From assembly GCA_951406725.2 (NCBI GenBank), contig OX597823.1:78492001-78556000 (forward strand): a DNA stretch of 64,000 bases. Reading direction: 5' to 3'. Origin of the DNA: Octopus vulgaris (Eukaryota). The position numbers and the translations under genes are program-made. Below the pieces are notes generated by a model. That model searched no databases, was not told the origin of the DNA, and was given only the letters and a program-made list of their open reading frames with translations. Below, piece by piece: positions 51,790 through 64,000 of this stretch (position 1 is the first letter of the stretch; every line of letters begins with the position of its first letter).

Positions 51790-52577
51790 ACGTTTTATTT
51801 GTTTTAGTCATTAAATTGTGGTCATGCTGGGGCACCGCATTAGTGGAATGTATCTACCCATGTGCTTATTATTCTATCAGTCTATTTTGCCAAACTGCTA
51901 AGCTATGGGTGCATAAACACACCAGCACCAATTGTCATGCAATGGTAGTGGCAGTGGTGGGGAACAAACACAGATATAAACAGACACACACACACACACA
52001 TACATGTTTATATACGATGGGTTTCTTTCAGTTTCTGTCTACCAAATCCACTCACAAGGCTTTAGTTGGTCTGAGGCTATAGAAGAATACATGCAGTGGG
52101 ACAGAACCCTGAACCATGTGGTTGGAAAGCAATCTTCTTACCACACAGCTTCGCCTGCACCTAAACTCTTTACTCTCTTTCTTTTACTCTTTTACTTGTT
52201 TCAGTCATTTGACTGTGGCCATGCTGGAGCACTGCCTTTAGTCAAACAAATCGCCCCCAGGACTTATTCTTTGTAAGCCTAGTACTTAGTCTATCTGTCT
52301 CTTTTGCCAAATCGCTAAGTTACGGGGACGTAAACACACCAGCATCGGTTGTCAAGCAAGGTTGGGAGGACAAACACAGACACACAAACATATACACACA
52401 CACACACATATATACTACGGGCTTCTTTCAGTTTCCGTCTACCAAATCCACTCACAAGGCTTTGGTTGGCCTGAGGCTATAGAAGAATACACTTGTTCAA
52501 GGTGTCATGCAGTGGGACTAAACCCTGAACCATGTTGTTGGAAAGCAAACTTCTTACCACACAGCCTCGCCTGCACC

Positions 52578-52578
<1 letters not shown>
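51790..52578 (-). mobile_element. Two head-to-tail SINE family A copies (51790-52161, 52165-52578)
   Basis: Both complete on the minus strand, sharing the variants gctatagaagaatac and tcgcctgcaccta. Confidence 0.85.
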
Positions 52579-52628
<50 letters not shown>

Positions 52629-52763
52629 TTTATTTTAAGCTTTATTTCTGCTGCTTAAAATAAAGCATATTACTCTACCACTGGTATTTGAGTACTCTTT
52701 TTTCCACCTTGTTTCACATTTATGTGTTTACTCCGGTATATATATATATATATATATATATAT

Positions 52764-52858
52764 CCAGGAGTGGGTATCCATTGCAGGCTCAATTGTGGTC
52801 AGCATTTGTGAGGGACTTGGTGAACTCATTGGTCAGAGCCAGCTCAACCCATTCCTGG
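52764..52858. mobile_element. Possible ~95-bp MITE
   Basis: Inverted termini ccaggagtgggt / acccattcctgg (11 of 12); no clear TSD. Confidence 0.4.
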
Positions 52859-53450
52859 TGAATACCACCATAAGTATATGTATGAAGTGTACATGCAACT
52901 TAAGACTGTTTAGGTTGGGCACTGACTGTGATTTAAAAAGCTTCTGTTATTTCATTCGTTTTGGATGACCTGGCAGTTACTCTCTTGAGGTCAACAAAAC
53001 AAGCATTAAACTGCAGTTGATATCCGCATGAAAAGAAAATGGACATTAGTAAAACCTCCTTGAAGATGATTTTGTTGTATGTGTATGTGTTTAATGACTA
53101 AAACCTGTAGAAGAATATAAGTACTTGAATAATGAGTTTTGCAGCTTTATTTTTATTTTCATTTAGCGAACATCCATGATATAACAAAGCATTTATATAT
53201 TTTAAGAGAGAGAGAGAGAGATTCTCAATCAATGTCTGGAATCTTCTTAACGTTGAATATTTAATATCTGAAATGATAGCGATAAAAATCAATTTGAAGT
53301 CTACTTCTTCATGGAGCAAGTATGTAGCTGTAAAAATAGCAAAAATCTGTCTGAAGATGATAGATATTAGACCAGTTCTTGGTGTCAATTTTAGTCATTC
53401 TTTTAGGATCATTGAAATACAGTAGCACTAATTTAAATAGATCTTTAATC

Positions 53451-53850
53451 TTCTTTTACTTGTTTCAGTCATTGGATTGTGGCCATGCTGGGGCATTGCC
53501 TTGAAAGATTTTAGTCAAAGAAATCTACCTTAGTAGTTGATTTTAAGTTTGGTACTTATTCTATCTGGTTTTTCTTTTGTTTGGTTTTGGATTTTTTTTT
53601 TTTGCTGGGCTGCTAAGTTACCCAGATGTAAATAAATCAACACCTGTTTTCAAGTGTGGGGTGGTGATAAGCACACATATATACTATGGGCTTCCACACA
53701 GTTTTTATCTACGAAATCCACTCACAAGGCATTAGTCAATTAAGGGCTACAAGTAGAAGACATTTGCCCAAGGTTTTGTGCAGTTGGACTGAACCCAAAA
53801 CCACATGAGAGCCAAATGTGTTCCTTAACCACACAGCCATGTTTGAGCCC
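53451..53850 (-). mobile_element. SINE family A, diverged
   Basis: Tail ttacttgtttcagtcattggattgtggccatgctgggg; head ttaaccacacagcc. Confidence 0.8.
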
Positions 53851-53988
53851 ATATTAAAAAAAAAAATTCTGCAGGTTTGGTCAAAGGGATAAAAGGCAAA
53901 ACCCCAAATTTTTTTACTGCTGCTTCCTGCACTAAGATGGCAGTGTTAACCCATTTAATGGTTTCTGTCTCCCACAAAATAGCTTTGA

Positions 53989-54207
53989 CCCTTTTGCATT
54001 TAAGGTGGTCATATCTGACCCAAATATGCTACCTATTTTATGTTCAAACAAACCACATCTTGTCTATCACACCTACCCATCAATGCTATTATAAAATACA
54101 CGATCCCATCATAAAAATTTCAAAGCTACAAAATAATGCATGATTAATTAAAAACAATGGGCATGAAAAATCATTACATTCGACCGAGTAATCTGAATGC
54201 TAAAGGG
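53989..54207. mobile_element. piggyBac-type MITE
   Basis: ttga|cccttttgcatt ... aatgctaaaggg|gtaa (degenerate TTAA TSD); homologous to 41494-42092. Confidence 0.7.
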
Positions 54208-55468
54208 GTAATCTCAGTGCCACTTGTTAGAATTTCAATCTTTCTTCACAGATATTTTCCCATCATACCTCATAACACTCTTATAATAGTACGGAAAAGA
54301 AAATGTCTTAATAATTTCATATCTACTTTGAAACAGCTTTCAAAGAAATAGCTTCCTTTGTTACTCGAAATGTGTAAAAATTAATTGAGTATTGCAAAGA
54401 AATAATTTTAAAACAATTTCTCAAGAATCAAGCTAAGCAGTAGTTGTACTTATTCGTTTTGTCTGACATGCATTTTGTCAACATATTTAAAATCCATCCA
54501 ATTTAATAACTGGATGGATGTTATTGTATATGATATTGAAAGTATGTTAATCCCCCTGAATAATAAGATCTAAATCCCAGAAGGATTTTACATAGAAATG
54601 TAAAATAAACATGAAACATACAATGCCATAGAGAGGAATACTACCTGCCTTCAGTGTAATAACTTTAGCAGATATTGAGTGAAGCATATCACAATACCCA
54701 GCTCTCTCTCTCTCTCTCTCTCTCATTAAATAGCTTCTAAGCTTATGTAGAGTAATGAATTTGTGTGCTGGATACTTTAATGGAAATTTGATGGAATTAT
54801 TTCATGCTGTAGTAACTTGACTATCACAAGAAATTGTTGTTTTAGGCGAAGTTACAAGCTTTATATATAAACTCTCAGTATTGATCTTAACTAGATACTT
54901 TTATGATACCACACGCTACTAAATAGTTGTCATTTTGTGCAGACCACACATTAGCATGATGAATATCATTTGCTAGTTCGCATTAAAATTAGCATTATTA
55001 TTTTTTATTTCAAAGTTTGTTTCCATAATGTCTAAACTACAAAAATAGCCTTTTTTTCCTGAAAAATTTGATTTGACTGTGGGTGAAATATTGAAACATA
55101 TCATTAAGGTAGGGCACCACCTTGTCAACATGAATTTATTTGACTGTGGTAAAGGTTAAGCATTATAAATGAGGTAATTGAAGGCACTGTGAACCTTCAA
55201 ATGTGCTAAGCAAGCATAACTCCAAATAATCCAGCGTTATACAATACCTGACATCTCTGTTTAGTAATATGCCTCCTGGTTAATCGAAATTAAATAATTA
55301 TATTTGGCATTCAATAAAAAGTTTTATTGATATATTTCAATCATATAAGCAGGCCTACCAGTATATACAGACATAAAAATATGCTGTTAAATACACACAT
55401 ATACCTACAGATGTGCTCCAGCATGACCACAACCATGTGGGTGAAACACATAAAAGAAATATATATAT

Positions 55469-55521
<53 letters not shown>

Positions 55522-55552
55522 CGTATATATACATATATATATGTATATATGC

Positions 55553-55613
<61 letters not shown>

Positions 55614-55986
55614 GGCATGTATGTGTGTGTGTGTGTGTGTGTGTGTACATGTATGTATGTAATTTCCATATTAGCAAATAGCACATTCCAAAAAGAAGTT
55701 TTCTACATTAGTCTACAGTGTGTCTGTAGGTTTGTTTATTTCAAAAAGAATTAGGTACTTTGTTTTTTTTCTATGTTAACAGAAGTGTGTTGGGTTAGTA
55801 AGTGACTGACTTAATATCAAAAAGCAAGGTCATCAGACATACCATGATCAAAGGTTATTTTATATTAAATAAAACAAATTGCATAGAGTATAGCCAGAGA
55901 TTTGGAATTAAATATATTTGATTTAAAATTAGATATATATAAAATGGAATTAAATATACTTTATCATTAAAATTTTTTTAGTTATA

Positions 55987-56030
<44 letters not shown>

Positions 56031-56359
56031 CATTTTTAATGAAATGTTAATATAGACCAAGAAGGATTATAGATATTAAATGTAGTCAATGACTAAATAT
56101 TGAGAGCCAAGGCGTGTAGATAATGATCAATGAACTGCAAAGGTCAATATATATTTTATACAACAAATTTGTTGCAGACAATAATTAAAATTTAACATAC
56201 TCTTAATGAAAGCAAACTAATAATATTTTTTTGTTTAATTTCCAGATGCAAAAATACATTAAAAATTAATCTTCATTAAATTTTCAATTTCTATTTTCCT
56301 ATCAGTATATTTAACGTGGTATGTTTATTATCTCCTGATATTTTATTTACTAGCTTACT

Positions 56360-56835
<476 letters not shown>

Positions 56836-57269
56836 TTTTGACTTCCATATCACAATTTCATTTTCAGCTCTCTCTTATACTTTATCATAATTTATAATAT
56901 TTCAGCTTTTTTTTTCTTTCTTCAGCTCTCCAAAATTATTTCATTAATTTATGCAGGTGCAAATATAATTAATTAACTTGTGACAGCGTCAAATTTCAGA
57001 AGATTCCTGCTAATTGCCATATCTAAATTATATTTTCTTTTGCTATTTTCCATGTGTCTGTCTACTCTACTTTGGTCTCTATTCTGCAACCCACTCTTTT
57101 CTTTTCTGTTTTCTATTTCTTTGTCCATTTACAGTTGAATACACATTTAAGCTCACATTTATATGCGCATGTGTCTGTGTAAGTATAATATCATGCGCAC
57201 ATACATGCATACACACACTCACACACACACATATATACATACATATTTGTAAATAGAATAGTAAGCTTT

Positions 57270-57625
57270 CTACATGGCCAATGCTAGTATACCATGACTG
57301 GCCCCTATGCTGGTGGTATGTAAAAAACACCAGCCGAATGCAGCAGATGCAAGTATCCTCTGACTGGCCCCCATGCCAGTTGCATGTAAAAAGCACTACC
57401 TGAATGTGATTGATGCCAGGCTCACCGGACTGGCTCCTGTGCCAGTGGCACGTAAAAAGTACCCACTACACTCTCAGAGTGGTTGGGGTTAGGAAGGGCA
57501 TCCAGCTGTAGAAACATTGCCAGATCAGATTGGAGCCTGGTGTGGCCGCTGGCTCTCCAGACCTCAGTTGAACTATGCAACCCATGCCAGCATGGAAAAT
57601 GGATATTATACGATGATGATGATGT
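57270..57625 (+). mobile_element. RTE-type 3' tail (family C), three units
   Basis: Units plus conserved tail and (GAT)n. Confidence 0.8.
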
Positions 57626-57651
57626 TGAAAACAGTCTAATATTAGCGCTTT

Positions 57652-57730
<79 letters not shown>

Positions 57731-57769
57731 ATATATATATATGTATATATATATATATGTATATATATA

Positions 57770-57995
57770 AGGCAATGAGCTGGAAGAATCATTAGCATAC
57801 TAGGCAAAATGTTTAGTGGCATTTAGTTTGTCTTTATGTTCTTAGTTCAAATACCGCTAAGGTTGGCTTTGATTTTCTTCCTTTTAGTCTCAATAGAATA
57901 AGTACCAGTTGAGCACTGAGGTCGATATAATCAATATAATCGATTTACCCCTCCCCCGATATTGCTGGCCTTGTGCTAAAATTTGAAACCAATAT
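57770..57995 (+). mobile_element. SINE family B (B1)
   Basis: aggcaatgagctggaagaatcattagc...agttcaaatacc...aagtaccagttgagcactgaggtcgat...ggccttgtgctaaaatttgaaacc. Confidence 0.8.
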
Positions 57996-58727
57996 TAGTG
58001 CATATAAACCCCCATAAAAAAATATGGGTATTAGCACATTATTTCCATTACAGTGATGTATGTCCTTATATAAAACTATATTCTATTGTCAATATGTAGA
58101 GTTATAATTCTATTTACAAAAAATTTAAGTTGCCACTATTCACTAATTCACACAAAATTCACATATTTATAAACACACATGCACACACACATACATACTA
58201 CTAAATTCATACTTTGAGGTGTCAGTGGGATACCTCTTCACTGCTGTTTATCTCTTTGGAGATACCACCAATTCACTCTCACTCTCTCTCTTCTAAATGT
58301 TAGCAGCCATACAGTAACTCTACAGCAAGAATCCTCCTTACACCCAACCTCTTCTCTCGTGACTTAACCCCCATCCAGCATTAAGACATGTTCACCCTCC
58401 TCAGATTTTGTAGATTTGTTAGCTGCATGGCAATAGTGCTAGTAGCATGGAAAAAGCACCCAGTAAGTTGGTTCATGTTCAGAAGGACATCCAACTGTAG
58501 AAACCCTGTGAAAGCAGACACTGAAGCTCAACTGGTTGGTGTTCAGAAGGGCATCCAGTTATAGAAACCATATGAAAGCAGACACACAAGCTCATCAGAC
58601 CCTTGTGAAACCATTCAATCCATGCCAGCATGAAACATGGATATTAAAGGAGGATAATTAAGATATATAATCTAATGTACACAACAAACTTCTGTCCAGT
58701 TTCCATCCATTAATATTAATCATAAGG

Positions 58728-58935
58728 CAGCAAAGCAAGCTAGCAGAATTATTAGCATACCAAGCAAAATGTTTGGTGGCTCTGAGTTCAATTTCTGCCA
58801 AGGTCCACTTTGCCTTTCGTTCATTCAATGTCAATAAAAGAAGTTCCAGTTGCAGTTGAACACTGAGGTCAATGTAATCAACTTACTTCAACCCCTAAAA
58901 TTACTGGCCTTGTGCCAAAATCGGAAACCAGTATT
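58728..58935 (+). mobile_element. SINE family B (B1) inserted into a minus-strand family A remnant (58685-59055)
   Basis: Family B head, core and tail, flanked by tattaatca on both sides. Confidence 0.75.
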
Positions 58936-59099
58936 AATCACATCCAGCAAAGGTTATAGAGGTAAGCATCTGACCAAAGTGCCACTCAGTATTATAGAAC
59001 ATGAAACTCCATGACTGTAAAGCAAAATTCTGAACTACACAGATATGCCTTCACCTCTGTATATAAACTTCCTGTGCGAATAAATAAATAAATAAATAA

Positions 59100-59162
<63 letters not shown>

Positions 59163-60622
59163 TCCAAATACATACATAAACATTGTACATTTCACATATT
59201 TATGAATGTGTCTTGTAGAAAATATACTGATGTCGGTTTTTAACTCAAATAAAATGAAATTCCTATCTCCTCCAAATTATAGTTACAAATTTAAGTTCCT
59301 TACATTTTGAGAAATTTGGTTATAATTGCTAAGTAAGTGATTTTTTTTTGTTTTGTATTTTTCTTTTTAATTTTAATATTTATTCTCTGTTCTCGCTTCT
59401 TTGATTATTGTATTGTACCAATTCTCCTGTAACAAATCTGAACTTGGACAAAACTAACAAACCATAGAAAACATTGAAAACACACATGTACACACACACA
59501 CACCAGATACATTTATGTGCATGCCACAACTGGAATCTTTTCTGAGAGTAAACACTAATCCTCTGAAGGTATGTATGCATACATGTGCGTGTATATGTCT
59601 GCCTGTCTGGCTGGGTGGCTGTCTGCTGACCATCTTTGTATTAATTTTTATGAGTTTTCTTTGAAAATTTTATTGATAGAATTACTTTGAAAATTCTAAC
59701 GAATCTTTTCAAGGAGAATAAAATTCTGATCTATTTTTTATTAATATATTTTGTTTTGTTTTTGTTTATTTCCTTCTGTGTATATTTATTTATAATTTTT
59801 ACTGTTACCATTTCCTTCATGTTATCTAATTCAAAGCATTTAACTTAAATGCATTGTTTTTATGAGAAATTCTCTTTGGTGGAAGGCTGTTTAGAAAAGA
59901 GACTGTGTTTTGTAGGAAAACTGTTATTTTCTACAAAGACATCATCTCTTATTTTTATTATTATTATTGTTGTTGTTGTTGTTATAAAATTACATTAGCC
60001 ATTTCCCTTATTCTTCTTACTGTTGTTGTGATAGTGGATGATTTGGAAAAAATTACCTGTTTCTTCCATACAAAGATTCTTGTTTGTTGGCAAACTCAAA
60101 GTGCTTTGTTCAGCAAGAATTGTTTAGTTTGTTAAAATATCTTGGAAGGGAAAAAAATATTTGAAGAGGAAGTATTTTTATTAATGCAAAAAAAACGATA
60201 AATAAAACTAAAAAAATATAAAACACTCAGTAAACTTGCAAATGTAAAATTTTAATTTTTCATGCTTTAACGGTTTTTTTTTTAGTTTTTATTTTTTCTA
60301 TTCTCTCTTAAAGTTAAAAATTAAATCTTCAATAATTCCTTTCAAATTTTGACCACCAATAACAAAAAGGGTAGCCTCTAAATGGCTAATAGCAACCAAA
60401 TCAACCTCAAACCAGACAATACCATAATATAAAAAAAAGAAATGTGAAACATTGAATAATAGAGTCCATGGTACATTGTGTCATTAAATATTTTTCATCA
60501 TGGGTTTATTCAGTGAGGGCTGATTTGGGGATCAGGAAAAGAGGTACTGAAATAAAATGCAAATAAATGTTTCAACACATCTATATATTTATATTTATTT
60601 ATGTTTTTTTTCTCTTTTACAG

Positions 60623-60858
60623 GTCCTGCAACAGGGAGTATACAAATTCTCCATATAGCTGTAGGGACATCTATATCATCATTCTTCTGTATAATTTTGG
60701 TGATATGTGGATTTTATCATCGGAAAAAATTTGGCGACCGCAAGCCACCTGAACAAGATCATGTGGAAGTTCGTTATGTGTCCTCATCAGGATGTAATAC
60801 AACTGACAGACTCCTAACACAGGAGAGCCCTAAGTGTCAAAGGATCTCTATTGTATGA
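60623..60858 (+). CDS. Terminal coding exon of a single-pass (type I-like) membrane protein: TM helix, cytoplasmic tail and C-terminal class I PDZ-binding motif; gene identity unresolved
   Basis: Polypyrimidine tract ttttttttctcttttacAG (AG at 60621-60622), phase-1 acceptor. The frame reads (G)PATGSIQILHIAVGTSISSFFCIILVICGFYHRKKFGDRKPPEQDHVEVRYVSSSGCNTTDRLLTQESPKCQRISIV*: a hydrophobic segment followed by basic HRKK (positive-inside rule), ending in S-I-V. Non-repetitive sequence. Upstream exons not found in the window. Confidence 0.85.
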
Positions 60859-61260
60859 CTAATGTTAATGTTAGCTGTTACACAAAACCAACACGACAAC
60901 CTTGTGATTGAATTCCACAGGATCTGGGCAGTGATTGCATTGGCAATGATGATGATGTTGGAAAGGAAGGTCGTTTACACTGATACCACTTCTGTTAATC
61001 TCCCTTTTACTTCAGACTTGGAGCTACTTCCAGCTAAACCTTTCAGAACAGCGAAAAATATAGCATTCGTGGTCAGTACTACTAACGTCAATACCACCAC
61101 CACCACCACCACCACCATCAATCAGGCCATCTGGTATACTATGTTATTATGTACTGGAATACTAAATACATCAACAGTTTGTTGTACACAGGCTGTGAAA
61201 ATGAAACTGGGCCATTTTTTTCATCAACATTGGCGTTGTGGACAATCACTTTCTTGTTGA

Positions 61261-61518
61261 AAAAATCCTATTAGTGGTGGACACTGCAGATATGAAAGAA
61301 CATTTCAAACTAGCCAATCAAGATGTAGGCCATGTGACAAACCCCTACCCCCTTAAAATAAATAAAAAGATATCACAAAAGAGAGATAAAAACAGCAACA
61401 AAACTTCTTTTTTTTTTAATTATATGACTGCTTTTGTAGTCAATGACATTTCTGACTTCAACGAGAACAGAAGGGAAAAAGAATCAGGAGAAATGATATA
61501 GAAAACATTAAAATTGTC

Positions 61519-61557
<39 letters not shown>

Positions 61558-61760
61558 CATACACATACACACACACACACAGATGTTATGTCTAACCACA
61601 ATATTTGAAAGAGGAGAATATGTTAAACGATAACTGGGAATCAAAGTGAAAAATCAAAATTATATATATACATACATATATACATATATATAAACACATA
61701 CATGTATGTATTATATGTATCCATGTCTGTGCTTGTATATATTCACATACACAAATATAT

Positions 61761-61808
<48 letters not shown>

Positions 61809-62308
61809 ATGTAGATACTGTTATGCATCCACATATACATATATTTATATACATACACATTTTTTTTTCTTTTAGAGCTACTCCAAATATGATGTTACTA
61901 AATTACGTCACCAATAGTTATAAGTAATTAACATATAAGTAAAAAAAAAAAAAATGGTTAAAAAATGCAAAAAAAAAATCATATAAAAACAACCAATCAT
62001 GAACTAACAATGCCAGCAATACTGACAGAGTTAGCGTACCATTAGCAAATTGTTGTTTCAAGTAATAATAGCGAGATTGTGTCAAGGGTACCACTTTTTT
62101 TTTTTACCATTGTTATTTCTTTGCTTAATCTTTCTTCTCTAGACTTGAACCTGTGGGCTAGCAGGCTGTTTCATCAGCTATGCTAGAAAGTATTTTTGTT
62201 GTGTATATTTTTTTTTAAATTTATTATTATTATATTTAATTAAACTATTTGAAATTTTTAATTAAATCAATAAATAATAATAACAATGATGATGATGATT
62301 ATGATGAC

Positions 62309-62352
<44 letters not shown>

Positions 62353-63450
62353 TAATAATAATAATAAAATTGAAAAACTGAAAGAAAAAAAATTAGCAAA
62401 ATCAAATGTGTAAACAAACTGGACATTTTGGCAACAAAAGAGTAAAAAATAACAACAAAAAAACCCTAAAAGAATGAATTTATGTGTAAAAAAGTTTAGA
62501 AAATTGTTATGGAAATAAAATAGAAAAAGAAATGGTATGAAAGTAAGCATGTTAAAGATGTTTGCGGAATAGACAGACAGGTGAACAAAAAATATCTTGA
62601 CTGTATTGATTTGGCTGTTTTGCAAATCCATTATCATTTGTTTACATATGAATGAATCTTTTATTCTGTATTGTATGTGAGTGTGTATGAGTGTGTGTGT
62701 ATGTGCAAGTATGTGTTTGTTTGTGGGCATATGTGGTTGCTAGCATGTATGTGTTGTGTGTGTGTGTGCACTAACCAGTTAACATTCAAAGTTATTTGTG
62801 GTACTGTACAGGATTTTTCCCATTTGTATCCTTGTGAGCATTCAGATATTTGCCCCAGCCACCTCTTACTTTTTTTTTTTTTTTTGTATACACAAACTTC
62901 TGATTTTTCTCTCAGTCAATCACAGCCTCCTCCTCTTCCTCATTCTCCTCCTACTTTTCTGTTCCCCATATTCTCGAAGGAAAACAAGCAAACTGAAATG
63001 CTATAAACAAAAATTTCCTCCCCACCAAGAAACAAACATGACAACAACAACAACAAATAAATAATAAAAAAAAACATGGATGAAGTAACATAACATCGAT
63101 TTAACAGAATTTCATCTCATTATTATTACTAAACATCAAATGTTATTAAAAAAGAAAACTGAACAAGTCTTTTTTTTTTTATAATATACACACAAAGAGC
63201 TGAAAGATCAAGAGTATATAAGGTTTTTTTTTAAAAAAAAGAACCTGTAAAAAATAGGGGGAAACAGTTAAAGCAAATCAGCTTCAAAGCTAAACAAAAA
63301 AAAAATAATGATTGCTACAATTACATGGAGTTGTTGTTTTCCCAACTGAAAATTGTATATCCGTATTAGAAAAAAAATTGTTTGAGGTATTCCTTCTCTC
63401 TCTCTCTTATAATGTTTTGTAGTGAAATTTGAAAATAAAATCATATAAAC
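61261..63450 (+). other. Probable long AT-rich 3' UTR of the membrane-protein gene; end not determined
   Basis: Follows the terminal exon, contains no recognisable SINE, A/U-rich. AATAAA hexamers near 61358, 62269, 63056 and 63434. Confidence 0.4.
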
Positions 63451-64000
63451 CAATACAAATCTAACATATCTGTAGATTTCAGATGAAGACGGTTTAGTCT
63501 GTAGTCAACTATTAATATCTAATCATAATGGTATGTTGTGCAGGTATGTTGAATAATTAATGAATGCAAGCTGCTTGGAAAGAAAAAAGAAGGAAAACTA
63601 GAGGTTATATGTGAATGCTTATGTATGCATATTGCAATCAATTGTGAATACATTGGTTATATGCATATGCAAATGCATGTATATGCATTTTTACATCCAT
63701 GTATATATATATGTGCATATGCATATATATATATTTATACATATATATACATACATTTATGAGTGTGTGTACATATGTATATGCATTGTCTTCCTGATCA
63801 TCACATTGATTAGAATTGTGTCTACTGTATTAATACAGTAGATATACAAACAATATGTTGAGAGAAAATGCATAGAATTACTAACAAAACATGTGACTAC
63901 ATGTTTGAATGTAGTGATGAACCTAGTATGTGAGCTCCTCACTGGACCATGTGGGTACAGACAAAAAACAGATACAGTTATATGTTATTCTGTCTACTAC

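Noticed and set aside
60856-60858. Selenocysteine decoding of the TGA
   Set aside because: I could not identify a SECIS element by eye, and the residues before the TGA form a typical PDZ-binding C-terminus; a SECISearch run would settle it.

Overview
AT-rich, microsatellite-dense animal genomic DNA. The SINE, RTE and Helitron families look like those of Octopus (coleoid cephalopod); this comes from my recall of the repeat sequences, not from a search. About 60 kb appears to be one repeat-filled intron or intergenic stretch. It holds tRNA-derived SINEs (at least 4 families), fossil RTE, CR1 and R4-like LINEs, non-autonomous hAT, Tc1, piggyBac and Helitron elements, and short AT-rich inserts in (TA)n runs, some carrying Penelope-type hammerhead ribozyme motifs. 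The only credible host coding sequence is a + strand terminal exon (60623-60858) encoding a transmembrane helix, a short cytoplasmic tail and a class I PDZ-binding end (-RISIV). Main observations: (1) an intact-core type I hammerhead with an unusually long, branched stem II at 48086-48168, plus decayed relatives; (2) the stop is TGA-CTA followed by 133 more in-frame sense codons, and a second phase-matched splice acceptor lies in that ORF, suggesting readthrough or alternative splicing that would remove the PDZ ligand; (3) RTE 3' tails built from tandem ~62-65 nt units, each able to form a hairpin plus a compact H-type pseudoknot; (4) a SINE stretched to 2.2 kb by five nested insertions. Nearly all ORFs in the supplied track are microsatellite or SINE artefacts. 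Boundaries of degenerate repeats are approximate.
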